Positions 48,701 through 61,596 are shown, numbered from the stretch's first letter. The stretch is 64,000 nt of DNA from Klebsormidium nitens (GCA_000708835.1 DF237139.1:90606-154605), one strand, 5' to 3'. The notes: generated by a model not told the origin, from the sequence alone. Translations and numbers: made by a program.

Positions 48701-50660
48701 CAGCGTCTCTGCAGTCCACGCTTCAGGTCAGTAACCGTCTGTTTTCTGCCAACGCTTGGCGTGATTTTGGCAGAATAAGGACAAAGGAAATTTCGGTTTT
48801 CGTGTCTGCGCCTGTTAAACCATAACATTGATAACGGCTGAAGTTTCTAGAACGTGGACTGGAGGTGCGCATCTCCTTGACCGGTGCCTGTATTGTGGAT
48901 GAGTAACTTAGGTTCGCATTGGAGAAAAATGGAAGAGCATACGTTACGGCGGAGAGTAGTTGTCTGAGAACTCATGCAAGCGCGCTGACAAAGCGAGCGC
49001 TGCTGAGACTGACTGGTGTTTCAGGCTCTGCTCTCACCCTCGTTTCGGCGAAGCGAGGCTTCCGTTTTAATCTAGAATTGATTGTCTGCGTCCTTTTTCT
49101 TCTCCATTTAAGATCCACTGCCAGAGGATCAGAGAAAAGAGCTGTCGTATAGGTATAACATGACGGAAGGCTTGAAAGAAACCCGGGAACTTTCTTTTAA
49201 TCGGTTTTTGAGGGATGACCTTAACTAGACAGGCTCCTTTCTTCCTTTGGGTGGAATGTTAAAATTATTTTAGCCGCAAGAACGCAAAGGAGAACGCACC
49301 CTCTATTGCAGACCATCTACAGTCTTGGCGGCCGCAACTTTGTCGTGGCCAGCCCCATCGACTTTGGGTGCATCCCGTACTCGATCAACAGCACCAGAGG
49401 GTTTTGCGCCAACTTGGAAGAAGCCATCTCGTCAGCGCTCGGGGAAGCCTACCGATCTCTGTTGGCCTCTCTGCAAACGGAGCTACCGGGCGCCACGTTT
49501 CTGTACCTCGACTTGTACAATTTGACACGGACCAACTCGTCGAACGCGCGGCCGCTGGGTGAGCTGCTCCGCGCTTTCGACGTGTTTTCGAACGGGCGAC
49601 TCCGATTGAAAAGACCAGAGATCGCCACCGCCCTCGACGTCGTGCTTTCGAACGTCAGATTCATTTGGAAAAAACAGAAGTTGCCACCATCTGAGGGCCC
49701 TTTGCGTTTAGCAATTGCTGAGTTGCGGTGTTGAGACATGGTCTGTGAAAGCCGATCTAAAGAGTCGAACATCTTCTTGCTTTGTTTGCTCTCATAGTGC
49801 GGTCATGTCAGCAAGCGCTTCGATATTGTTTAGAGAAAACTGTTTGGTGCCCGGTTTGTGCGGTCGTTAGCTTATTGACGGTGCGGCTGGATCATCGAAC
49901 GAAAACTCTAGCGCTGAAGCGTCGAACTCCATCAAAAAAACCTTGAGCAGCATATATCGGATGAGTCAATCTTGCGTGCTTTAATGACGGTTTACTCAGC
50001 CCTTGGTTTGATTGACGGACACGATGATCGTGACTCGTCTGCCATTAGTCGAAACTTCAATCTAATTGCTTGCGGAATTGCTCGAACAGTTCTCAAGTCA
50101 AAGCTTCCGTCCGGGTTTTCAGATGCAAGTCAAATGGTCCAACCCTTGCTTTGTGAGCCCAGACTTCAGTCCGGTCGATTTCCATTGTGCCAAACATCGA
50201 AATAGTTCCGGGTCTACGAAGACAAAGTCTTCAAGTTTCCGTGTAACAATCCAAGATGATGTAAGCCTGAAAGACTGTGGTCAAGGAAGAGGATTCAGGA
50301 GGTTAGGGAGACGACCGACCTGGTTACTACGTGCTTAAACCGTGGTTCATACGTACTGAATCATGGTTAACATGTGGATGCGCGTTGTGGACAGGTTTCC
50401 CGGAGGCCCGCAGAGCCTGCTGCGGTGCGGGGGGCCCTGCGAACAACGACATAGAATGCGCTTCCCTCGAAGCCACGGTTTGCAAAGATCCGGGTAGGCA
50501 TGTATACTGGGACAACATCCACTTCAGCACCGACTTTGCATCGGCTCTCGCAAGGGAAATTCTTGTGGGAAGCACATACATACGACCGAAGAATGTGATG
50601 CAAGCCTTTGTTACGCCACAATGGCAAGCAGCTTTTGCTTCGTTAAAGGGGCGAAGCTGA
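45793..50660 (+). CDS. Secreted GDSL/SGNH esterase-lipase, tandem copy B. Exons: 45793-46012, 46309-46336, 46670-46738, 47397-47571, 48502-48726, 49312-49558, 50395-50660
   Basis: Same seven-exon structure and catalytic blocks as copy A; the 3' flank is also similar (tagtccttgctggtcca). Confidence 0.93.
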
Positions 50661-52032
50661 CCGGTGATTGGGCTTGACAAGTGGAGTAAGACTTGAATGC
50701 TTACTATACTCAAAGCTATAAAGCTTCAAAACACGGATAGGTCTAGTCCTTGCTGGTCCAGATGAAGGTTTTCTAAACGACCAGCTTAAGTTGATGAAAT
50801 GCAAGTATAAGATTTACAACACGAAGAAAGTTTATCTTTTGCTCATGCAACTTCAATCTGTCCTCAAGAGCCCAGCTTATCTAGTAAAACCAAGTCATCA
50901 ACTGGTAAGAGTGCACTCGGCAGGAGGCTTCTAGTCTTGCATGTTTATTGGGCGAACAGAAAGGTTGAGCTGGCTACATTAGCACCAGTAAATATCGCTG
51001 TACGTACACCAAGGTACCTTAGACTACAAAGACAGTCCAACCTCTTATATTAATATGTGGTTATAAGCAATCAAAGCATTTAAGTATTGGGTTGACCACT
51101 GCGCCGCATGGCAGCGTAAGTTACGAAGCTAGAGGGTGATGATAGCCTGTCTTCCGACGGTATGGCACTATGACATCCGTCTAGATCGGATCTTGCATTG
51201 AGGAAGATGCAATACATGAAGGTCGCCGTTCAACCAGGTGAGTTTTGCGAAAACATGTATGTTGCACATGATTTGGCTCGAGTCCTGAAGTGCATCATTG
51301 CTATAGATTGCACATTAGTATCAAATATAGTACGTGACTCAGCTAGCGCCGCGGCCGCCGACTGTAGAACAAGGGGGAATGGCGGCATGAGCAGGCTAAT
51401 TAGTATTGAATGTACCGTGCCAGAAATTAGATCAAGGATATAAATGGTCGCGCGCAAGTTCATGCACCGCATATGCCAGTTGACTCAGCAGCATGTCGGA
51501 TATACTTTTGTTCGAAACTGTATAAACTGAATGAGCCCGCGCGGCCCGGCCATGGATGCGGTCAGCTTTATCTTGAATCTGACCGCAGCCATATTTTCAA
51601 TTATCGACTGGCGCGCATGCAGAGCTAGATCTGCACCTGTCGGCACGGGTGATACGAATTTGCCAGGCCGTACGATGGATTGGTTGCACGATTGAGCGCG
51701 AGCTTGTCTAAGAAATCGAGTAGGATGCCGTAAATCAGCAGCGTAATAGCTTTACAGAGGTCAATTTGTCAGCCTGCCAACTCAGTTTGCCAGAGTAAAC
51801 GGTTTCACACAAGTACTTCTGAGACGTTCTATCCATGCAGTGACCTGTGTATCCTGCCTCACAGTCAGTTTCTCAACCTTCATCTACAAGACATCTACAC
51901 CAGAAAGTGCCATCCTTACAGGGTTTATATGGTACAGGCATGTTATTATACACGGTCAACAACCCTTTGGTCTTGACAATCACGTAACAAAGAGTGGTTT
52001 AATTTACGATTTTGAACCGGCTGCCCATCATC

Positions 52033-55000
52033 TCACGAACAGCGCCGGAAAAGAAGCCATGCGGCAGCGCCGACGGCAGCACCGCCCAAGTGGCCAGCGT
52101 ATCCGATGCGGCTCCCGTGGTTCTGTGAAACAGATCGATAGAGGCAGGGGTTGGTACCCTCATCAGACTGCTCTCAAAAGTATCGTTATCACAAGGACGT
52201 TCATACAAGAGAGCATGGGGAAAATGCACGGTCAGACCTGAAACGTGCGTTCAGGTCCAGAGCAATGGGATGACCTCCCGCTTCTCGTCAATGCGTTTTT
52301 GCATGACCAGAAATTAGTCTCCGACGAAGGATGCCCGATGCCTAACCTTTTGGGGAGTTGGAAATGATGCATTAATGTACGAGGAGAGAACATGCAGTAA
52401 AGTTGGTTTCTGAAGGAAGGGCAACTCACCACCCCAATAGCGCCCGACAAATCCAAGGCTGTCACGAAGATACCCTGCCGAGGATAGAAGAGACAGGCGT
52501 AAGGCAGAAGAAGCTGTATGATCAGTAGCATCTTCCGTGCGTAACAAGCAGAATTCAAGAGATGCCACAGCATACCTTTACCAGCACGCTCCGCCAAAGC
52601 GAGTGTAACCCGTGGAAGAAAGAGGGTTACGAAAGCTCAACCGATTTTTCGAATTGAAAGAGCATCTGATGCAGTCAGGACTTCGAACAAACTGCGGTGG
52701 AGGCGTCGAATTGTGCCAACGGATAAAACGCAATTTGTGAAGGCCAAGTCTCCAACATGGATCAGCTTTGACAGACACAGATCGCGGAATCTACCGTTTA
52801 CGCTTTCGAGCTTCCAGATTTACCGAGATAAAAGCTTCGGGGATCCAGGAGTACAGCGCTCACACACAACCATGCCCAAGACTCGGAAGCCGCAAACGAG
52901 GAGGTTCTGCGTATCAGTTTTGAAAGCGGATTCGAGTTACCTGGATACGCTTCGACCTTCCAGGTCTTTCGGCTTCAGAGATCTCGGAATCTAGCTTTTC
53001 AGCGCTCACATACAACCATGCAGGGATCGCCTGGGAAGCCGCAAACGTGGTTTCTCTAGTTTTGATACCGCATCAAAGACATCTGGTACGCTTTTGACGT
53101 TCTAGAGAAGTTGACTCATATCATCTGGGACATAGGGTTTGGGCGCTCAAATGTAATTCTGCCGGTACTGAGAAGCCGTAGACGAGGAGGGTCCAACTAT
53201 CCATCTGCATACCGGATCCGAGTTTTCGCTTTAGGGATTCAAATGATGAGGTTTTGAGAATATAGAATACCAGCGCTCACATACAACCACGCCGGGACTG
53301 GGAGGCCGTAAACGAGGAGCTTCTGCGACGGGTTGAGCAGAATGCTGCACGTCAGGAGGGCGCTGACGGAGCCGCTCGCGCCGAGAGCCGACGGCGTACG
53401 GCGAGCGTTGTACGCACGCCGGTCAACGCCCTGGTTAACGCAAAAACCTCTGGTTAGATACCGGGTAGAGAAAGAAGGTTTGTGTCGTGGGCTGTTATGC
53501 GACTGTACGCACGCCCTTCCATGTCCTGGAAAGGCGAAAGCCGCGGGTTAGGCAGCAAATAAACCGAATATGAGAGGAAGCTTTATGTCAGGATGTCATG
53601 CTGATTGTCCGCACGCCGATTGATTCATTAAACCCGCAGAACCCTCGGGTTAGGCAGCAGGTCAATCGGTTATAAGAGGAAGGTTTGTATCGGGGTGTCA
53701 TGCTGATTGTGCGCAAGACCGGATGATGCCCGGTGGGATCCGCAAAATCCTCGGGTTAGGCAGCAGATTAACCCGATGTGAAAGGAAGGTTCGCATTAGG
53801 GTGTCATGCGGTTTGTCCGAAGCCAGTTAGTGCCGTGGAAGCCGCAAAACCCTCGGGAATAGGCAGCAGGTTACCGGATATGCAAAGAAGCTTGGTATCC
53901 GGATGTAATGCTGCTTGTACTCACGCCGTCAATACCCTGGAAACCGGGTAGTTCAAGCAGCAGGTTGAACCGTCAAGAAAAGCATCGGCTCAGACTGTCT
54001 CCTTTTCTTTCCTGTGCGCTTTTCCTCTTCCGTACACTTCCAAGCCTAGCCCTCCGAAAGCCGTCGGAACTTCTTGCTTGTGCTTTGACAAGGCCAATTG
54101 ACAAATCGATTCGTGTGGCAAACAAGCAAAAGCTCAGCAAAACTTCATTTTCGAGCAGATTTGCAAATGTGAAAGCTCGCAGCGCTTCCTCGGGCCAGGC
54201 ATCTGGCCAGGACTTCGTACAAAACAGCAAACAGTTCACAGCTTTTGTCCTCGTCGACGAAGTTTCGCGCTTTCCTCATAATGCCCAAGCTAATTCGGAA
54301 AGTAGAGGACAATCTCACCTGCTTCCACGGCACGAAGTACGACCAGTACAGGCAGTGCCCCGCCACGCAGCCGAGCCCCCCCGCCAGGTACAGGGCCAGG
54401 AGACCCCCCCCGCCGAAGAGCCGGGGGTGTCCAATCTACAACAGAGTCGTCAAGATTCAATTTTCGGGTATGTTCTTGAATCCGTTGTGATCTGCTAAGA
54501 ATGAAATCAGTGATCGGTGATGCGGGAGGATCTGCAAAGCCTTCAGAAGCACCCGAAATGCCCAGCGCTTTCAACTCTGGTGCAGTAATCGAGGGCTTTC
54601 AAAGTAGTCGGACGCTCTGTTACTCCCAGGAATAGGTTTCCTCTCCTTCGCTTATCCTAGACACCTTGTCGTTCTCGCACAGAATGGACTTAGACTCGGA
54701 CGAAACCAGCGCTTTAATTGGAAGCAATGAAACAACGCTTCTCTCGAAGCGCTGTCAGTGCCAAGTCTACCCATCTGCCAAGCGTAAAGTCCAAAAACCA
54801 ATTACGAGCAGGAGGGAACATCCGAAAGCGTCGTGAATTGCACGCCTACCGAAACGCCCCGAAGCAAGAAACAAACCAGAGAAAGCAGTAAACGGAGTCG
54901 TGGCACTAGCACGCCTCTGATCCTCAAAGGAGCAGTGCAGAAATCATGCAAGTCGGTCGTGAGGAGAAACCTACCATACGCCCGAAGGAGTGGAGCGCAA

Positions 55001-56216
55001 GCATGTTGAGCGCCAGGTGGCCCGCGTCAGAGTGGCTGAAGTTGGCGGTCACGGCCGTGTGCTCCCGGCGATCCTCTATCGACGCGACCGAAACCTGTAC
55101 CAAATCACGGATTTCCGTCCAGCGATCGAACGTGAGGATCTCTGAATGTGTGCTTATATGAGGTTTAAACCTCGCTGAAAGCAAATCTGGTCGAGGGAGG
55201 AGAGTTCCGTGGGCATGCGTTTGAGTGGATGACATTTGCGGCGTGGTCTTGGCCGTTCTTGAGGAACGTAAACGACACCCACGAGATGGAGATGAGGTTT
55301 TGAGAATCCTTGTGACACGACTAAGACTGGGTCATTGGGGGCAGGTAGTTCTGGCAGGCATGTCAATCTTGACTTGGTGGTCACATGAGCTTGAGGAGCA
55401 TTTGATGAGGTCAGCTCAGCAGTTGATGGCAGACCTGCAAATCAAAAAGAATGCCAATCTCTGTTGTACAAAGTGCATTCAGAAGAGTTTCGTATTAGTC
55501 ACCTCGGTTGTTTGACACGTCAGCGAGTCAAGCAAGGCCTCCGCAAGCCCTTCAGTCAAGAGCGTTGTGATTGCAAGGGACTAAGGGGAGTGCTAATGAT
55601 TGCCGGTCTTGCATTGAATCAGATTTGACTTGAGTTGCATGAGAGCTTCGGGTAGGTAGAAACTACGATCCGACAGTCACAATTGGTGTGCTCTACACGT
55701 TCCACTTGAAAGCCCCAGACTGCACTCACCCATACTTTAGGCAATGATGTACCTCAAAGAAACCGGAATCGACGTGATATTCATGCGCATGAAATGCTGG
55801 GCCTGAAAGGAGAGACATACCTGGAAGTGCTTCTCCATGAATTCGCGCCGCTCGGGACTCTGCCACAGGAACCACACACTGATATTTGCTGCAATGAGGC
55901 CGTAGAGAACGGTGGTGTGGTCAAGGGAGTTCCACATGGATGAGTCAACGCCATGACCATAGGGCTTGTGGACTGTGCTCCTGCAAAGAGGAAAGATGAA
56001 GTGAGTGGATCACATTGACGCCGAGAACAGTCTTCGTGTGAGCCTCTGAAGAAGAGAGGGATCTGTTGAGAAAACGAGAGGCTCACTGGCTTTGGTCCAC
56101 AAGAAGAGAGACGTTCTGTTGCGAGAAGAGACCTTGGGGCAAAGACAAGCTTGCTCAACCATCCCTTGCATTAGAAGTTGTTGCGACATCTGGGCCAGGG
56201 AGATAGGGGATCTCAT
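52033..56216 (-). CDS. Rhomboid intramembrane serine protease, PARL-like, probably mitochondrial. Exons: 5' exon from ~56216 (boundary uncertain), ~55980-55821, 55094-54975, 54435-54319, 53430-53281, ~52482-52438, 52122-52033
   Basis: VLYGLIAANISVWFLWQ, TANFSHSDAGHLALNMLALHSFG, catalytic GASG and GHLGGAAVG. Confidence 0.88.
53407..53990. repeat. Degenerate ~100-bp tandem array (5 copies plus the functional junction) in a rhomboid intron
   Basis: Recurrent tgt.cgca.gcc and ggttaggcagca blocks at ~53407, 53504, 53604, 53706, 53812 and 53914. Confidence 0.75.
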
Positions 56217-57389
56217 ATGTGGCCCAGGAGCTCAGGACAGCGAGCAAATTTGTTAGTCTTCTGGAACGTCTTCAATTGGAAGAGCGTAAAATGTCTCAAA
56301 AGCTGAATTCAAATCTGAGAATTGATGCTACCAGAGAGAAAAAGCACACGTACAGGAAGCATATATCTGATAAGAAACAATTGGAAAAGATTCATTGTCC
56401 AGGGACCTGGACATACATTTGGGCTCTAGCGCGGACCCGGTGGAGGCCACGATAAGCCTTCCTTCTCTGGAAGGAAGGAAGACCAACTGACGCAGACTAT
56501 GTTATCTCCATCTGTGGCCCCCCTGAAATAAAGCCCTTTCTGATAGACCTTTTCTGGGGAGGACCCCTCGAATGTCAATGAGAGCTTCTGCCAACTTAGC
56601 AGAGAGCCAACCAGAACAGCAGTGTTACAAGCAGAGTATATTGAAAGTGCCGAACGCATTTAAATACAAGACAAAACCACACGAGAGTGCTTCAACAGTC
56701 ACCTTGAACCCAGCGCCTGCCATCTGCGCTCCCAAGGCATCTGCAGATTTGATGCACTCTGGAAAGCTGCAGCCAACCTTCCCCCACTGTTTGCTTTTCC
56801 AGTTTTTCGGTATGCCCCTGTGTTGCTAGCATCTTGTATCGCGTCCATCTTCTTCCCAGGGGTCTTGGTCTCCAACCGCAGAATTGAGCCCTCATTTGCA
56901 GAAAATTTGTTCCACTGAACACCATCTTTGTTTGCCAATGGCGTGATGCAGTCCTTGAGCTCATGAAGCGAAGCCTCATCTGAGCAATGCAACTGGAGAC
57001 GCTGAAGAGCCGCGGTGTTCTGGCATTCTGAGGAATTGTGAGTTCTAGCATTTGCTGCGTTGCTGTTGAAAGAAGCTTTCATCTCAAATTCTCAGAGACC
57101 GCTGCTCAAGACAGTCCCCAGGTTCAGCACTGCTGCATGGCACCGCCAATTTGGCGTTGGTGCAAAGAGCGGTGGCACTCTTGACACTTGCGTTTGATTG
57201 GACCGCAGTGACTCTTGCAGAAGCGGAAAGAGTGTCATTTTTCTTCCTTGATGTTTGGGTCCGCGCTAAGCAGGTTGCGTTATGACTGGATATGAGTTCC
57301 CCTGGACCCGCTTCAGAGTCTGTCACCCATTCTCCTCAGACGTTTTAGGGTGGTAAGCAAGGTGAAAAAGCACCACAGCAACCGTAAAA

Positions 57390-57722
57390 TCAATCAGACT
57401 TTGGCTGGTTGATTGTATTGGGAATACTCAGTTGGATCCACAGGCTGCTCTCAAACCCCACCACACTGCTACGATCCCTAGCTGCTTCAGATAGGAATGG
57501 AAACTGACATTCGACTGTCTGAACCACCGCCCTGATCTTTGGGTCATCGACTGCGGTCCATGCGAAAGGAGGCCCCCTTGGTGCGATTCTGGTCTCATTA
57601 CCGGACTGGAGAGCGCATAGGCGTGACAATCTGCTGTAGCCAGAAGGGTAGCCCTTGATGGGGTCTACCACGAGTTCCTCGGGCGAGAGGAGGGTGTCCA
57701 TTGGGCGTTCTTCTAACGACAA
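57390..57722 (-). CDS. Hypothetical protein, possibly first exon or truncated member of an uncharacterised plant family
   Basis: 110-aa ATG ORF with GYPSGYS..GPPF..FP..LWIQL spacing that I recall from a conserved unknown plant protein; not verified. Confidence 0.35.
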   Translation of the reverse strand: MSLEERPMDTLLSPEELVVDPIKGYPSGYSRLSRLCALQSGNETRIAPRGPPFAWTAVDDPKIRAVVQTVECQFPFLSEAARDRSSVVGFESSLWIQLSIPNTINQPKSD

Positions 57723-57891
57723 CTGAGTGGAATGTTTTGAGAGACGGAACGCGGATAATCAGAAAACAGTGCTTCTTTGACCGTCGATGCCGATTCAACG
57801 TGAAGAGAATATAACCGTTGAGATCTAGATTTCGAACTTTGGCAGAACCGAACTTCCAAGAGTATTCTCATTGTGAGAAAGCGCGCAGAAA

Positions 57892-58915
57892 ATGATGGCG
57901 AGGCAGTCGCCCGAGGAAGCTGGCTTCGTGAGATGTGGGGACATCTGGATATGTAAGCTGCTGTTGAATGGAGGGAGGGTGTGCAACGAGCAATTCTCGT
58001 GTAAGAAGAAGCACCTACTCGAGACGCATCGCCTGGAGCAGCATGATATTCCCGGCCCGTTGCCGACGCTGAAAACGGGTAGGATCGTCACTGTCTCAGA
58101 AGAAGAAAAGAGAGCGAAGCACGCTGCGAGGCAGGCAAGATACGTTGCCAAGAAAGGCCCTGACGCCATGAAGGCGATAGAGGAAGCCAGCAAGATGACC
58201 AAGCTCACCCAGAAGTTCAGAGAAGCATTCGATATCCAGTTCCCCTGTAACAAACACAGAGATGAGCAAGCCTTCTTTCGTGTTGCCTGGGGTCATGCAC
58301 TTTATTGCGGATGCCATCTCTGAATTTCCAGGTCACCTGGATGCGAACTCAGGATGCAGTCACACTCTTTGGCGTCTGGCGAGGCACAAGTTCACGATGC
58401 TCGGAATGCTGGCTCACGTTGAAAATACCGTGAACCCATCCAACATCACAGAAGTAGCACTGAAGGCTTACGTGGAGCATGCTGGGTTGGAGTTGGACGC
58501 GGGATCCAGAGAATGGTAAGCACCGCAGTATGCTGGTGCTATGCTGAATCTTTCATGCACCGGTACCGAGCTCCTGCTGCCTTTGTGTTGAATAATCTAG
58601 CTGTTTAGTGACGCTCTCCTTTGGTGCTTTTTTTCCAGGTATGAAGAGGTGGTGTGGGTGCCTATGAACCGCAGATTTACCGAGCTGCTGGACAGCTGCT
58701 ACTTCCTTGGTCAGCCGTCAGGAGGAGGTTTGACACGATGTGAGTCTGAAGACGCAGAGCAGGAGAATGCAAATCAGAGTTACGTCGCAGCCAGAGAGGC
58801 CTGGATGGTAGCACAGTTGACTAGGCTTGAGAGGATCGAGCATAGAGAGGTCTGGGCACACAGGAAGGCGGCTGAAAAGATGGGCGTTCTGAGGCCCAGA
58901 GCCGTGAACACCTGA
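57892..58915 (+). CDS. Hypothetical protein with an N-terminal C2H2-like zinc finger. Probable exons: 57892-58246, 58332-58515, 58639-58915
   Basis: CKLLLNGGRVCNEQFSCKKKHLLETHRLEQH (C-x9-C..H..H); three ORF segments join in phase through GT-AG introns. Confidence 0.55.
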
Positions 58916-58953
58916 CACGTGTCGCTGTAGTGTGTGTCATTTGACCACCTTCC

Positions 58954-59135
58954 ATGATGCCCTCTCCAGATGACGTCATTGCGAAGCTTTCGTGACGCTT
59001 TCTGCAGATAGGGTCATTGCAAGGTCCCCATGATGCCTTCTGCAGATAGGGTCAATGCGAGATTCCTATGATGCCTTCTGCAGATAGGGTCATCGTGACA
59101 CGTACATGATGCGCTCTGTAGATAAGGTCACGCGC
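58954..59135. repeat. 38-bp tandem array, 5 units
   Basis: Unit starts at 58954, 58992, 59030, 59068 and 59106; core atgatgccttctgcagatagggtca. Confidence 0.85.
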
Positions 59136-59451
59136 CTGTTGTCATGACGGCATATACAGAATGCGTCATTTTGCACTCTCCATGACGGTCTTGGTACGCA
59201 AAAGTGGCAGTTTATGTGGCTTAACTGGGTAGTAAAAGCGGGTTAATGTGACAAAATGGCTGGAAAAGGGGTCAACTATGGAAAGATTCGGTCGATAACC
59301 CCCAAAGTTATAGCAACAGTCGCTGTCCGTCGTCACCGTGAATGCGCGGAGGTTCGCCTCGATCGAGAAGGCAATCGATTCTGTGGTCGATAAGGAGCCA
59401 ACGGTCAAGTCTCAGTACGGTTGTACAAAGCCGCATAAATTGTCCCGCAAT

Positions 59452-59781
59452 TCAAGCAAGTTCCATGCCACATGATGTGCAATACCCTGCTACTTCCAAC
59501 GACATTAAAGCTTTTATGCTGTTGATCATCATTTGCAACTTGTCAACCGTCTTCTGTGCAATCGGGGCACTCATCATATCTGCTTCTTCTGGACTGCACA
59601 AGTATGCATCGATTGGGCTGACATAGGTGGAGATGTCAAAGGGCTGAATCTGATACGAACACTCCTTGCATTTCCAACCGAGAGCGTTTCTCAAGGTCTC
59701 AAATCTCAGATCCACAAGTCGGTCAATGAATCGCAAGTGTTGCTCCCTCAGGTCGGAAAGGATTTCCTGCAGGCGTTGCAT
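59452..59781 (-). CDS. Hypothetical small protein with CxxC pairs
   Basis: 109-aa ATG ORF containing CKEC and CTSC (CPFC just upstream in frame); no family recognised. Confidence 0.3.
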   Translation of the reverse strand: MQRLQEILSDLREQHLRFIDRLVDLRFETLRNALGWKCKECSYQIQPFDISTYVSPIDAYLCSPEEADMMSAPIAQKTVDKLQMMINSIKALMSLEVAGYCTSCGMELA

Positions 59782-60411
59782 ATTGTAACAAAACGGGCAG
59801 AATTTTTGCCCGCCAATTTACGCACTTTAGGTTCGTGTCTATTTAGGGCGCACGTTCTAGGAGAAGTGGGTCGCTTTAGTTCACCGTCGGGTGCGTCTAT
59901 ATAGGAAGGAAGGCTCTTAGCTCTTTCCGTTCAGATTCTTAGGTGCCGGGATTCCCTCAGTGACACTATAGCAGTGACTCTAAAACTGCTCCCATGTATG
60001 TAAGTGTATGCTGTCCCATCCCTCCGCAGTTGATCTGCATTGGCAACAACAGATTGTTCAATGGTGGTGAGGAGTTGTCATGATACAAACCCAGTTGCTG
60101 TGTGGATTGTCAACTTACCTAAGCCTCCACAAAAAGCAAGATTGTTCCTGCTGACAGATGCGAAGTTGCACGCCACCGAAGCAATCATTTCATCTGCTTG
60201 CACACTTGAAAATAGAGGATGCAGATGCGGACTCTCCATTCTGATGCAACCCTACCAAACCTAAAATCTCAGGAAGGGAGCTCTACAGCGTGCAGATTGG
60301 AAGAAACCACAGCTCTGTGGCATGCAGATTGGAAAAAAGCCCTCCTAACCACAGTATACATGACAATCTGACTCGTAATCGCAGGGTTTGGAAGCCAGAG
60401 CCATACTCACC

Positions 60412-61377
60412 CTAATGATTACCCACGGGTTCCAGGCCAAAGCTCGCTGCCAACTCCTCCAGGTGATCGAAAACCACAAATTCCTGCTTGCAGTTGGCTC
60501 TCAAGTTGGGATGGCGGCGAGCCAGTTCTAGGAGTTCGTTCACCGCCATCTTCAGCGATTCATAGTCAGAGAAGTGAATGGTAGCATTCCGTCTGCTGAT
60601 CACTGTGTCGGCCATCCTTGCAAAGGAGGTTTCAGCTAAGCCTGCAGAGCGTTGAACAAAATCTTGCAGTCGTGCGTCTCCATCCATAGCCAACCGCAGA
60701 AATGGGGTGCCTTGGGGCGCTGCCTGTGGCTGTCGTCCAAGCGCAAACAAGAGAAGCTGTGCTGCAAGGTTTTGGATCAGGGGCCTGCCGAACGTGAGGG
60801 CATCATCGTGGGAGGTTTGCTCCAGCCTGTGAAACTGGAGCTCCAGATCCGCAAGCCGCGTCTGCACATCTTGAAGTGCATGATCTTCAGAAAGTGCCAC
60901 CCATGACTTCCCTCCCACCCGCAATTCGTTGGGCACTTCGTGGGAACGCAGGGACCTCTCCTCGTTGAACAGCACAACCAGATCTCCGCGATACTCGTCT
61001 GTCGACAAAATGTCACTCAAGCACGCTTGAAATCCTGTCATTGGCACCGACTTCAAAGTCGGTACACCTACCCCTGTACAGACGTAGCGATCTCACGGCA
61101 GCCATCTCTTTACCAGTGCTAGAAGGAAAGAGTGCAAAGAGAAGGCGCACACCTAACCGGCTCCTTCCTCAACAACTTTCTGGCGCCAGAGAGCATGACA
61201 CCCTCTCTTCCCTAGAGACTTCTTCAACTTGGCGCCGGAAAGAAGTCCGAGTAGGTTGTAGGTAGTACTAGGGTTCGGATGGCCATAATTAGGTAGAATC
61301 GGACACGGACGTTGTATCTCACTTCGGTCAGTGCGGAAAAACCCCGGACCTGGTCCGTCCGATGATATTTGAGTCAT
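60412..61377 (-). CDS. Orphan coiled-coil plus helical-domain protein with an RNxxxH (HEPN-like) motif. Probable exons: 61377-61323 and 61073-60412
   Basis: 214-aa stop-free ORF with natural composition; in-phase upstream exon (ATG..CGA A|gtgag / tacag|GG); heptad-like LQDVQTRLADLELQFHRLEQ; ..ADTVISRRNATIHF. Confidence 0.6.
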
Positions 61378-61596
61378 CCTAGGCCGTCCATTCTGGTATC
61401 GGACTCCCACCTAAAACCCTGAAACCCCTCCTGGCACCGCTCACCACCACCGTGCACGAATACAGAAGCTCGTCGTTCCCTTGGCCGACCCCTTGCCCAA
61501 ATTCCTAAACACCCCGGTGGGCAGTGGGAACCCTACAGCCAAATCTGCCCCACGACCCCTCTTTTGTACACCTTAACCCAAATACACAGGGCGCAT

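Noticed and set aside
55981-56013. 33-nt first intron in the rhomboid gene
   Set aside because: It gives an in-phase join but is implausibly short; other donor/acceptor pairs are possible, so the 5' structure is left unresolved.
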